This document shows positions 1 to 7,994 of a stretch of 64,000 bases of DNA, piece by piece. Both the position numbers and the translations under genes were made by a program. Below the pieces are notes generated by a model. That model was not told the DNA's origin. It did not search any database and saw only the letters and a program-made list of their open reading frames with translations. Origin of the DNA: Methanotrichaceae archaeon. Lineage in GTDB: Archaea > Halobacteriota > Methanosarcinia > Methanotrichales > Methanotrichaceae. The DNA lies in NCBI GenBank assembly GCA_963803145.1, contig CAWDLW010000017.1:1-64000 (forward strand). The letters are read 5' to 3'. Within the stretch, counting starts at the first letter, position 1. Every line of letters starts with the position of its first letter.

Positions 1-39
1 TATGCTATACTAGGACCGTGAACTGGTGTAGAGGCTCAT

Positions 40-71
40 GTGTAGTTAGCTTTTTCGGATGTCATCTACAC
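40..71. repeat. Copy 1 of 32-bp imperfect palindromic repeat GTGTAG-N20-CTACAC (candidate recombination site)
   Basis: GTGTAGTTAGCTTTTTCGGATGTCATCTACAC; same motif at 1374, 4449 and (partial) 6421. Confidence 0.9.
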
Positions 72-107
72 CCAGCACCTACCTTCCAAAAAGTTTATCA
101 CGCTTGT

Positions 108-125
108 TATCCCACTAATGGGATA
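108..125. promoter_or_regulatory. Inverted repeat TATCCCA-N4-TGGGATA, probable autoregulatory operator of the AbrB-PIN operon
   Basis: Lies between a BRE/TATA-like AAAAAGTTTATCA and the ATG at 135; core conserved in the duplicate at ~3483-3497. Confidence 0.55.
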
Positions 126-134
126 GTGAATTAA

Positions 135-395
135 ATGCCAGTCACAAAGGTCGATGAGAAGGGCAGAGTAGTCCTGCCAAGTGAGTTCAGGCACAAGATG
201 GGGATAAGCATCGGCGACGAGTTTATTGTGGAGGAGCTGGGGCCTGATTCTCTCGTCCTGAAGCGGGTAAACCTGCGGGCTCTGATGCAGGATATCATAG
301 AGAAGGCCAAGAACATCGATATGGATAAGCTAGAGGCTGAGATCGAGGAAGAGGCTAACCGGCTTGCCAGACGAAAATACAAGATTCTTGATTGA
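135..395 (+). CDS. AbrB/MazE/SpoVT-family antitoxin (VapB-like)
   Basis: N-terminal KVDEKGRVVLPSEFR..MGI..GDE swapped-hairpin motif; overlaps a PIN gene. Confidence 0.9.
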   Translation: MPVTKVDEKGRVVLPSEFRHKMGISIGDEFIVEELGPDSLVLKRVNLRALMQDIIEKAKNIDMDKLEAEIEEEANRLARRKYKILD

Positions 396-777
396 TACCA
401 ACCTGTTCGTGGCAGCTAGCAAGAGCGGTTGGACCAGGAGCACAGATCTGCTCATAGCCCTCCTCGAAGGTCCATGGGATCTGGTTGCCGATGACATGCT
501 AATTTCCGAATACGAGCGATACGCGGACAGATTCGGCGCCCGAGATTTGCTGGCCTTGCTTAAGCTTAAGGTAATCGTAATAGAGCAATCTGGGGAAGAT
601 GTCGCTGCCTGCAAACCATTCTTCTCAGCAGGCGGAGCAGCGGATACAGTCCATGCAGCGACCTGTCTGCATACGGGAGCCACCTTAATCTCCAATGACG
701 CCCATTTTAACCGGATAAGAGATGCCAGTATCATCAAGGTCTGGAAGATCTCGGAAGCGATAAAGAGAATCCTTTGA
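364..777 (+). CDS. PIN-domain toxin (VapC-like)
   Basis: FLIDTNLFV, DTVHAATC and LISNDAHF motifs. Confidence 0.88.
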   Translation: MPDENTRFLIDTNLFVAASKSGWTRSTDLLIALLEGPWDLVADDMLISEYERYADRFGARDLLALLKLKVIVIEQSGEDVAACKPFFSAGGAADTVHAATCLHTGATLISNDAHFNRIRDASIIKVWKISEAIKRIL

Positions 778-813
778 TTATATCGGCATCTGACGCCAAG
801 TGAGAGATGCAAT

Positions 814-1011
814 ATGTATGACCGAGAAGCGATAATAAAAAAGATTCAATCTCTTGCGGATACAGATCTGGACGAGGTCGCAGAATTCCTGCGCTCCCTG
901 GAGATGAAGAAAGCAGTCGGTAAGCGCAAGCCGGATGCCCTCTCCCAGGTTATAGGCATATGCGAGGGTCCTTCAGATCTGGCTGATAAGCACGACAGCT
1001 ATGCCTACTGA
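814..1011 (+). CDS. Small antitoxin-like protein (DUF2281-like)
   Basis: 65 aa, LDEVAEFLRSL..., DLADKHDSY C-terminus; overlaps a PIN remnant. Confidence 0.65.
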   Translation: MYDREAIIKKIQSLADTDLDEVAEFLRSLEMKKAVGKRKPDALSQVIGICEGPSDLADKHDSYAY

Positions 1012-1115
1012 TAGGTCAATCTTCATAGATAGCTGGCCTTTCTGGCCCTGGCGAACAGAAAAGACAGCTATCATCAGAAAGCTGTCTGTAGCTATGAAGA
1101 GATAAAGGAAAAAGA
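1001..1115 (+). pseudogene. Frameshifted, truncated PIN toxin N-terminus
   Basis: MPTDRSIFIDSW / AFLALANRKDSYHQKA readable across a frameshift. Confidence 0.65.
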
Positions 1116-1158
1116 CGACAAAAATTGATTTAATGCTGTGATGAAAATAATGTATGAT

Positions 1159-1302
1159 TCAGCGTTTGCTTGCACGCCTACGTCGCAATTCCTCTAATGT
1201 GATCCCCTCAGATTTGTGCTTTTGTAAATACTCATATTGGGAATCAACATATGCCGCCTCACTGTAATAATCTATCTCTTCTTCTTTTACGACGGCTGCC
1301 AT
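1159..1302 (-). CDS. 47-aa acidic antitoxin-like protein (RelB-like)
   Basis: MAAVVKEEEIDYYSEAAYVDSQYEYLQKHKSEGITLEELRRRRASKR, hand-translated, below the ORF-track cutoff. Confidence 0.45.
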   Translation of the reverse strand: MAAVVKEEEIDYYSEAAYVDSQYEYLQKHKSEGITLEELRRRRASKR

Positions 1303-1304
1303 CC

Positions 1305-1405
1305 TTTCCTGACCGCGATCTCCAGCAATTCACGATTTCTTTGCACATACTGTAGGCCGGAGTAGGGACTCATGTGCAGTTAGCTTTTTCGGATGTCATC
1401 TACAC
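1305..1405 (-). repeat. Copy 2 of the palindromic repeat (1374-1405) plus ~70 bp of the wHTH gene 5' end
   Basis: Aligns with 4385-4480 and 6355-6444; one substitution in the core. Confidence 0.9.
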
Positions 1406-1639
1406 TGATTACGGTCCTGGTCTTTCTTTGGTCAGAGCCAGCTCCTACAGGACTCTTCATGTGGACTTTGTTGTCGTAATAAGGAGGGAGGCAAAAGCCT
1501 ATGTAGAAAATAGGTTATCGACTTTTGCCAATACACTATACGTCTATTGCCGATATTTAAGACTTTCGCCATAGCTAGAGAAATATGTGTCTGTTGCCTC
1601 ATAGATAGATAAGCAGAAAATAGCAAAATCGAAGACTCA

Positions 1640-2124
1640 GGCGGGGCCAACGCCGATCCACAGCGCCCTTTTAGGAGGAACCTGTCACAGAGTGCAGGCC
1701 TGACCCAGCTCAGAGTTCGATTATACGCCTGGGGCTAGAAGGCGGCACAGCACTGGAAATTCACACAGCTCCCTTCAATAGGGACCCCCAGGCATCGCCA
1801 GACGCGGGGCCTTGTGCTAGCCTTCTTGCCTTTGGCTTGATGCCGCGCCATGCCCCGACCGTGTATTAGCGTTAAGCCTGTCGGCAGATTGCTACGCAAG
1901 TTACGGCGTGCAACTTTTTCTCTGCCGAATTTCAGCTTAACAGGCTCGTAGCCGAATGCAGTGCCACGAAGACATGCATCTCCTGGAACAAGGACGCGAT
2001 CCACCCTAGAAGCGACCGCATGCTCAACCATCGATAGGGCAAACATCCAAATCTCCTTGCCAAACAGAGCATTATCAGATACGTTAAGCCCACGGCACAC
2101 CCGCCACCCTTTGCATGGCGCGCC
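1640..2124 (-). ncRNA. Candidate large structured non-coding RNA (~480 nt), family unknown
   Basis: About ten nested helices; G-U wobbles work only on the minus strand; TATA-like CTATAA ~25 bp upstream. Confidence 0.6.
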
Positions 2125-2125
2125 A

Positions 2126-2152
2126 AATTAACTATATAATCGTTATAGATAT
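2126..2152. promoter_or_regulatory. AT-rich bidirectional promoter-like segment
   Basis: TATATAA at 2133-2139 (plus) and ATCTATAA at 2150-2143 (minus), each ~25 bp from the start of a structured region. Confidence 0.5.
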
Positions 2153-2163
2153 TTGTAGTTGTC

Positions 2164-2290
2164 GCTCGGAAAACAGCCTTTGGGTAAGAGCATAAACTGT
2201 TATTCGGAAGGAATAGCAAGCGTAAGGCCAAGTCGCTGGGGCAAACACAACCGGAGAGTTGTGGCCGATCGGTCGTACGCCTCTCCGAGC
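2164..2290 (+). ncRNA. Candidate ~127-nt structured RNA, family unknown
   Basis: Closing helix GCTCGGA/TCCGAGC; internal GTTATTC/GAATAGC, GCGTA/TACGC, CACAAC/GTTGTG. Confidence 0.5.
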
Positions 2291-2409
2291 TGAAAGGCAT
2301 GGGCATGCAAAAGATTTGATAATGCAGAAAGCTAATGGAGTGGACGGCGCGAACCTATGAATGATTAGCAATGCACCGATATCAGTAATCTTGGATGGTG
2401 GGCGAGATA

Positions 2410-2857
2410 TGATCGAAATTAAGACACTGCTTTGGCTGATTTGGCCTACATTGGATCTAAAGTTCAAGCCAAAACTAGCGTGTACCTAATCGCAGGTGCA
2501 TCCCTTCTGTTGCATGGCTTGAGATGCCACGAAGGATATCGATATCTTTGCCCGAATGAAGAAGCTGACAGGATTGCATAAGAGCTCAGGCTGTCTGGCA
2601 AGATGGAGTCGTTGCTGGCATCAATGACGTTCATTTCCTCCGGTTATTTCTGAAATCTTTCACGCTTCAGATCTTCGTCAACGAGGTGTGGATTGGCGAT
2701 GAATACCAGCTTCTAAAGGCTGCACTGTGATTCGCTCACCTTTGGTGTTGTGACCTTCTTGAATCCTGATATCAAGACTCTAATTATGATCAAGGATAGG
2801 CATATCCAAGCATTGTACAACGATTGGAGGAAACTGAAAGGAGAGACATCTGTCTGA
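2410..2857 (+). pseudogene. Decayed nucleotidyltransferase (DUF6036/AbiEii-like)
   Basis: VYLIAGASLLLHGL / ATKDIDIF motif across frameshifts. Confidence 0.6.
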
Positions 2858-2890
2858 ATTCTGATGAGGATATCAGCCTTTTCGAGATTA

Positions 2891-3178
2891 CTAATCTAAG
2901 TGGGCAATGTCCCAAATCTCTCCTTTTAAAATACCCCATCCACGTTTTGTAAGCCGGATTTGATTCATCCCATTTCTAAGAGAATGCCCTTCTTCAAAAG
3001 TGCCAGATTGTGTATTTATGAAACCCCATCTTTCCAAGCGTGTTAAGCGATCTTCAAATTCTGTTTCATCAAGGCCAAGGGCTCTATTAACATTGACCGG
3101 ATTGACCCATTTGGTCAGGGATCTTTCGAGGATCGATTCGAGGATCTTTCTATCTGCTCCAACTATGTAATCAATCAT
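2891..3178 (-). CDS. Winged-helix protein
   Basis: DRKILE...LTRLERWGFI...IRLTKRG pattern. Confidence 0.65.
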   Translation of the reverse strand: MIDYIVGADRKILESILERSLTKWVNPVNVNRALGLDETEFEDRLTRLERWGFINTQSGTFEEGHSLRNGMNQIRLTKRGWGILKGEIWDIAHLD

Positions 3179-3452
3179 CTCTACTCCAATTTATCCTACC
3201 ACGATGGGAACTATCTTCGCCGAGTATCTATCACACCAGCAAATATTTATAATGATTGTTGTTAACATATAAGTACCATTCATAAGCTGAATGCGACCAC
3301 CTCCGGCATGTTAGATCGTGCCGGATTCTCCTACGTTTATTAGTCTAATATCTGCCCGATGCTATTTCATATAACTAAAAAATTTAATTTTTTTAATTCT
3401 TTAATTGACCTATTTGGCCAGACCCTCGAATGGATACCACCATGCTTTGTAC

Positions 3453-3845
3453 CTACCTCTAAAAAGTTTATCGCGCTTGTTCTCCCACTAATGGGACCGT
3501 GAAGGATAATGCCAGTCACCAAGGTCGATGAGAAGGGCAGAGTAGTCCTGCCAAGTGAGTTCAGGCGCAAGATGGGGATAAGCATCGGCGACGAGTTTAT
3601 TGTGGAGGAGCTGGGGCCGGATTCTCTCATCCTGAAGAAAGTAAACCTGCGGGCTCTGATGCAGGATATCATAGAGAAGGCCAAGAACATCGATATGGAT
3701 AAGCTAGAGGCTGATATCGAGGAAGAGGCTAACCGGCTTGCCAGACGAAAATACAAAATTCTTGATTGATGCCAACCTGTTCGTGGCAGCTAGCAAGAGC
3801 GGTAGGACAAGGAGCTCAGATCTCCCAAGCCCTCCTCGAAGGTCA
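3453..3845 (+). repeat. Near-identical duplicate of 79-472 (promoter, AbrB gene and PIN 5' end)
   Basis: Direct comparison shows only scattered substitutions. Confidence 0.95.
3509..3769 (+). CDS. AbrB-family antitoxin, paralogue of 135-395
   Basis: Differs from the first copy at four residues. Confidence 0.9.
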   Translation: MPVTKVDEKGRVVLPSEFRRKMGISIGDEFIVEELGPDSLILKKVNLRALMQDIIEKAKNIDMDKLEADIEEEANRLARRKYKILD

Positions 3846-3883
3846 TAAATCCAATAGATTATATCAGACGTGAGGTAAAATAA
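3738..3883 (+). pseudogene. Chimeric PIN remnant: 5' end of the PIN at 364 joined to the C-terminus of a different PIN
   Basis: Identity with copy 1 ends at GAAGGTC (~3844), then VINPIDYIRREVK*. Confidence 0.6.
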
Positions 3884-4093
3884 TGTCCGACGTTGATGCA
3901 ATGGATGACGTCGAGATAAGGGCACGGGGACTGGATGCTCTCTACAAGGCCCTGGGACCGGCCAGAGCCCATAAGTTCCTGGGCTATGTTTCACCGCGAG
4001 CCCACCGACTACGTTGAGATCTCCAGAAGGCTTTACGAGGGACAGACAGTTGAAGAGATCTTCGAGCGGGCAAAGAGAGAATGGACTGGATAA
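3883..4093 (+). pseudogene. Small antitoxin-like gene with a +1 frameshift
   Basis: MSDVDAMDDVEIRARGLDALYKALGP.. / ..EPTDYVEISRRLYEGQTVEEIF; 211 nt. Confidence 0.6.
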
Positions 4094-4148
4094 TGAATAG
4101 TGAGATTTCGGAACTTCACCGAGCCGTCCCGAAACCAAGTCCGAGAGC

Positions 4149-4448
4149 TTAAACATTCGATTCGAACATCCCATTCCTGGATGTGGCCATCTTCCCCACT
4201 TGTGCAAGCCACCCTAGCTCCAGTAAGACCACATCAAGCTCGGTCTGTCTCGTCTGCAATCGGCGAGCCAGGTCGCTCTTGGCCATCGAGCCACCATGCT
4301 CTGTAAGTGTCCACAGAACACGATCTTGGTCATTTCTGGCAAGGGTCTTTTTCACCTGTTTCTGAAAGCTAGGTTATCTTTACCTGACCGCGATCTCTGG
4401 CAATTCACTGATTTCTTTGCTCTTACTGTAGGCGGAGTAGGGATTCAT
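4149..4448 (-). pseudogene. Small winged-helix gene remnant next to repeat copy 3
   Basis: DRVLWTLTEHGGSMAKSDLARRLQTRQTELDVVLLEL; homologous to 6117-6420. Confidence 0.7.
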
Positions 4449-4480
4449 GTGTAGTTAGCTTTTTCGGATGTCATCTACAC
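4449..4480. repeat. Copy 3 of the 32-bp palindromic repeat
   Basis: Identical to 40-71. Confidence 0.9.
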
Positions 4481-4634
4481 TAAACCATATGGACTTGAAT
4501 ATCGCCTTAGCTACGAGTAATGCTGATACCAGTTGGCTGCAGATTACATTCTAATAATGTGCCTTTGCCGACGAGAACGTAATGATTATTTAGATGAATG
4601 ATGAACAGGTTATTCTTAAGGAGCTTGGAAGTCC

Positions 4635-5786
4635 ATGGGGAGATTATTGTTTGTCCTGCTACTAGGTATGGTGGTGGCTGCACCAGTTCTCGGGCAACAG
4701 ACTGCTATAGGTGAGAAGAGCGGGAAAGATGTAGATTCGCTAATAAAAGATCTTAAGGACGATAATAGCACGATCCGAGCGAATGCCGCAGAAGCTCTTG
4801 GAAAGATCAATGATTCCAGAGTCGTAGACCCATTGATCCATGCTCTGCATGATAGAAATAGCAGTGTAAGACAAAATGCTGTACTTGCTTTAGACTCATT
4901 AGCGGGAGGATCGCTGATCCAATCGCTGAAGGATAAAGATATCGAAGTCAGAAAATGCGCCGTATATAAACTTGGCAGCTTTGGAGTGAACGGACTATTG
5001 ATTCAAGTTTTGAAAGATCAAACTCAAGATAGTAATGTTCGAGTAAGTGCTGCATTTGCACTTGGTTCGCTCGGGAATGAAGAAGCAGTCGAACCATTAA
5101 TTCAAGCTCTCAATGATACCGATCCCAATGTACGAGCTGAAGCTGCAATTGATCTTGGAGATATCGGAGATAAACGAGCAGTAGAACCGCTGACTCGGGC
5201 TCTCAAGGATGAGAATAGCAGAGTCAGAGATTATGCTGCACAGGGTCTCGGAGAGATCAACAATACACGGTCCGACTTCATTCCTGGAGAAGCACACTCA
5301 AGAGAGTTTAGCATGGCCGCCGATTCGTGCACTATTTCATTTCCACAGAATTTGAGTCAATCGATCAACATAAGTTCAATAAATCCCGACGAGGCGGTGG
5401 CCGGAAACTCTAATTCTGTAAGTGTTCACTTTAATGTTACTCGATTTGGGTTTCCCATTTTTGGATTGCAGTTGGCTGATAAAAATTTTGAACTAAATGC
5501 GCTCAAAGTTCCGCCTAAAGGTCCTGAGGTTGTATCTAATCTAATTGGCTTGACAATTTCCAACGGGATTGCGTCTAATTACGAAATTGTTATCGGTCCA
5601 GCAACTTATCAGGGCAAACAATATACTTGGGTGGCCGGGACTTATACAGTGAAGTTACATTGTATTAACGCTGGAAAAGAGCTTGCCAACAAGACATTCA
5701 GCTTTTCTGTCAGAGGGAATGCAACAGCAGAGTCTCTCGGAAAGATCAATGATACCCGGGCTGAAGAACCACTAATTCAGGCTTAG
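4635..5786 (+). CDS. Secreted HEAT/PBS-lyase repeat protein with an inserted beta-rich domain
   Basis: Signal peptide; VR..AA.ALG.I.D.RAVEPLI.AL.D repeats; residues ~240-360 resemble ORF 62309-62812. Confidence 0.85.
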   Translation: MGRLLFVLLLGMVVAAPVLGQQTAIGEKSGKDVDSLIKDLKDDNSTIRANAAEALGKINDSRVVDPLIHALHDRNSSVRQNAVLALDSLAGGSLIQSLKDKDIEVRKCAVYKLGSFGVNGLLIQVLKDQTQDSNVRVSAAFALGSLGNEEAVEPLIQALNDTDPNVRAEAAIDLGDIGDKRAVEPLTRALKDENSRVRDYAAQGLGEINNTRSDFIPGEAHSREFSMAADSCTISFPQNLSQSINISSINPDEAVAGNSNSVSVHFNVTRFGFPIFGLQLADKNFELNALKVPPKGPEVVSNLIGLTISNGIASNYEIVIGPATYQGKQYTWVAGTYTVKLHCINAGKELANKTFSFSVRGNATAESLGKINDTRAEEPLIQA

Positions 5787-5929
5787 GGTTGACGATGTCT
5801 TTATTCGATCACCTTCAAAGAGGCTCTGACAAAAATGGGATGGCAACAGGACAGAGCATAAGGCAGGAAGTAGTCTCCAGATGGCGCAGCTCTTGCTTCT
5901 CATCTGAATATTTTTCGGAATACGCCCCA

Positions 5930-6120
5930 GAAAATGCCTTCTGAAAAAGTGAGACCAAATAGCCTAGTGACGAATACAGGCTCAACAGGATGCCAAACAT
6001 CTCCAATGCAAGAGCCACGATAAAAGCCAGATATGCACCTTGGGGCTTGATATGCTTTTTTATAGAATGGCGTGAGAGCCAGGAATGATTCAAAGAGCTG
6101 GCTGAAATGTTGATGGTCAT
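5930..6120 (-). pseudogene. Fragment of an isoprenylcysteine-methyltransferase-family membrane protein
   Basis: LTPFYKK / GAYLAFIVALALEMFGI / LFGLTFSEGIFWG in shifting frames. Confidence 0.45.
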
Positions 6121-6420
6121 CGCCCATCCCTCAATCCTACAACGAGCTTGCACTTAATCTCCGTTACCTTGACTTTCCCGGCACGCTCAAGCTCCTGCAA
6201 GACTACACAAGCTCTGTTTGTCTCGTCTGCAATCGGCGAGCCAGGTCGATCTTGGTCATCGGGCCACCATGCTCTGTAAGTGTCCGCAGAACACGATCTG
6301 GTCATTTCTTGGCAAGGGTCTTTTCCACTTGTTCTGAAAGCTACGGGTATCTTCCCTGACCGCAATCTCTAGCGATTCATTGATTTCTTGCTCATACTGT
6401 AGGCCGGAGTAGGGACTCAT
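6117..6420 (-). pseudogene. Full-length but frameshifted small winged-helix gene
   Basis: MSPYSGLQYEQEINESLEIAVRE / LTEHGGPMTKIDLARRLQTRQ / VLQELERAGKVKVTEIK. Confidence 0.7.
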
Positions 6421-6444
6421 GTGTAGTTAGCTTTTTCGGATGTC
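6421..6444. repeat. Copy 4 (partial) of the palindromic repeat; right arm missing
   Basis: GTGTAGTTAGCTTTTTCGGATGTC then diverges. Confidence 0.85.
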
Positions 6445-6644
6445 TCCAAAGCCAAACATCTCCGGCATGACCTTTCTCTGCAATCTTTCCCTGAGTCTGT
6501 ACCCAACACTCAATGTTCTATAGTCCTACTCAACAATGCTCAATGGACAACAAGTGACGGAGCACAAAAGTAGATAATACCATGTTATGGTGAGACTTCA
6601 TAACAGCAGGATCAAATATCAATACCGCTTTAAAAGCTATCACA

Positions 6645-6872
6645 ATGAAGACCTTACATTACAAAGTCCTGCTCCGAAAAGAGGAGGATGGAACATATAC
6701 TGTGATTGTACCAGGCTGCTTAACATTCGGGCGAACAGTCGAGGAGGCGTTAGCGATGGCAAAAGAGGCAATTGAAGGCTTTATAGCTTGCATGATTGTA
6801 CGTAGTGAAGAAGTACCTATTGAAACCCATGATTCAATGGTATGCACTATTGCAGTTGAAGCAAATGCTTGA
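6645..6872 (+). CDS. hicB: HicB-family antitoxin
   Basis: EEDGTYTVIVPGCLTFGRTVEEALAMAKEAIEG motif. Confidence 0.88.
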   Translation: MKTLHYKVLLRKEEDGTYTVIVPGCLTFGRTVEEALAMAKEAIEGFIACMIVRSEEVPIETHDSMVCTIAVEANA

Positions 6873-6906
6873 AGGCTGAACAATTTAAACGCATACCTTG
6901 ATTAGA

Positions 6907-7004
6907 ATGGCCCGGCTGCCTTGTATAGCACCTGAAAAACTCACAAAAATACTTGAAAAATGCGGTTTCGAGCTTGAAAGGATCCGCGGTAGTCATCACT
7001 TTTA
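6907..7004 (+). pseudogene. hicA: HicA toxin truncated by IS insertion
   Basis: MARLPCIAPEKLTKILEKCGFELERIRGSHHF ends at the IS terminus. Confidence 0.8.
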
Positions 7005-7994
7005 TGCTGTGTTGCACAATATATATTATTATCATTCTCATTAAGTAATTCATTATTAAGTCTATCAAGATAAGCTATATGCTTATAATTATATCATAAA
7101 AAATGAAAGCCCTTTGAATTTCCGAAATCATGCCATCGGTTGAAGATGCTCTCACGGTCTCCCCAAAAATCCGCTTGACTGAAGAGAATAAACCTTCAAC
7201 TGCCCATCGTCGCCCATATTGGTGTATTTGTTTCCAGGCTTTGTACCCATTTTTCTTGAATTCGAGAACAGCATTTGACCTTGGTGAGGGATCATCGCCA
7301 ATTACGGCATTTTCCCTGATCTTTATTCCAGGACAATCCACTCCTTTCTCAGCCATCAGATTGAAGGCATCGTTCGTATCATATGCACCATCCATCAGGC
7401 CCTCTTTTACATCAATGTCTTTCAACAAAGGGCGCAATACCTCACTATCCGCAGTATCCTCCTCTGTAACCTCAATTGATAGGAGCTTCTTCGATTCGAC
7501 ATCAACAGCTACATGCACTTTTAGCCAGCCTTTGCGAGTCTTTCCATGTTTTTCGCGAATCCAATCACCTCTGTTTGTGACCTTTATGCCGGTCGAATCT
7601 ACTGCAACGATAGCATCGTTTTCTGGAACTGTTATTTGTAGAGCTAACTTTGAAATTCGTCGAAATAACGTCGTATAATCTGCAGCTACCAATCCTGGTT
7701 CATACTTGGAAATCTTTCCAATAAATCCTTCTATCTGACGGTATGGCATTCGCAAAAAGGAATAGATCACCGCAACAAAAATTATAAATGTATTGGGATA
7801 TTTAAATGGAGCGCCCGATTTTTTGCGGTTCATTTTCCTCAGTTCGCTATTCCAATTTTTCACGCATTGCAGGTCAAAATAGAATTCGCCCCTTCTTACG
7901 AGCTGAGCGTTGTATTCAGGCCAATTTCGTTGGTCGATATAGATCATTACATAATATTTATATTTAAACTATTTATAGCTTCTGCAACACAGCA
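7005..7994 (-). mobile_element. IS5-family insertion sequence (990 bp)
   Basis: Terminal IRs TGCTGTGTTGCA (7005-7016) and TGCAACACAGCA (7983-7994); no matching target duplication. Confidence 0.9.
7075..7947 (-). CDS. IS5-family DDE transposase
   Basis: NWPEYNAQLVRRG, VDSTG, WLKVHVAVD, DGAYD, RWAVEGLFS motifs. Confidence 0.93.
   Translation of the reverse strand: MIYIDQRNWPEYNAQLVRRGEFYFDLQCVKNWNSELRKMNRKKSGAPFKYPNTFIIFVAVIYSFLRMPYRQIEGFIGKISKYEPGLVAADYTTLFRRISKLALQITVPENDAIVAVDSTGIKVTNRGDWIREKHGKTRKGWLKVHVAVDVESKKLLSIEVTEEDTADSEVLRPLLKDIDVKEGLMDGAYDTNDAFNLMAEKGVDCPGIKIRENAVIGDDPSPRSNAVLEFKKNGYKAWKQIHQYGRRWAVEGLFSSVKRIFGETVRASSTDGMISEIQRAFIFYDIIISI

Noticed and set aside
1345-1405. Canonical integron attC site
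   Set aside because: No properly placed RYYYAAC/GTTRRRY pair, and no IntI gene in the window.
1640-2290. RNase P, SRP, 5S rRNA, tRNA or group I/II intron
   Set aside because: No GAGGAAAGUCC, SRP helix-8 internal loop, T-loop, P7 or domain-V signature found by eye; cmscan is needed to be certain.
1735-2467. ORFs 1735-2100, 1932-2306 and 2132-2467 as proteins
   Set aside because: Overlapping, no motifs, odd composition; the RNA pairing pattern explains the sequence better.
40-6444. The 32-bp repeats as a CRISPR array
   Set aside because: Spacing is 1.3-3.1 kb with genes in between, and there are no cas genes.
7130-7678. Long antisense ORFs (this one, 60734-61306, and those opposite the cbi, kinase and GSDH genes)
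   Set aside because: Shadows of well-supported genes on the other strand.
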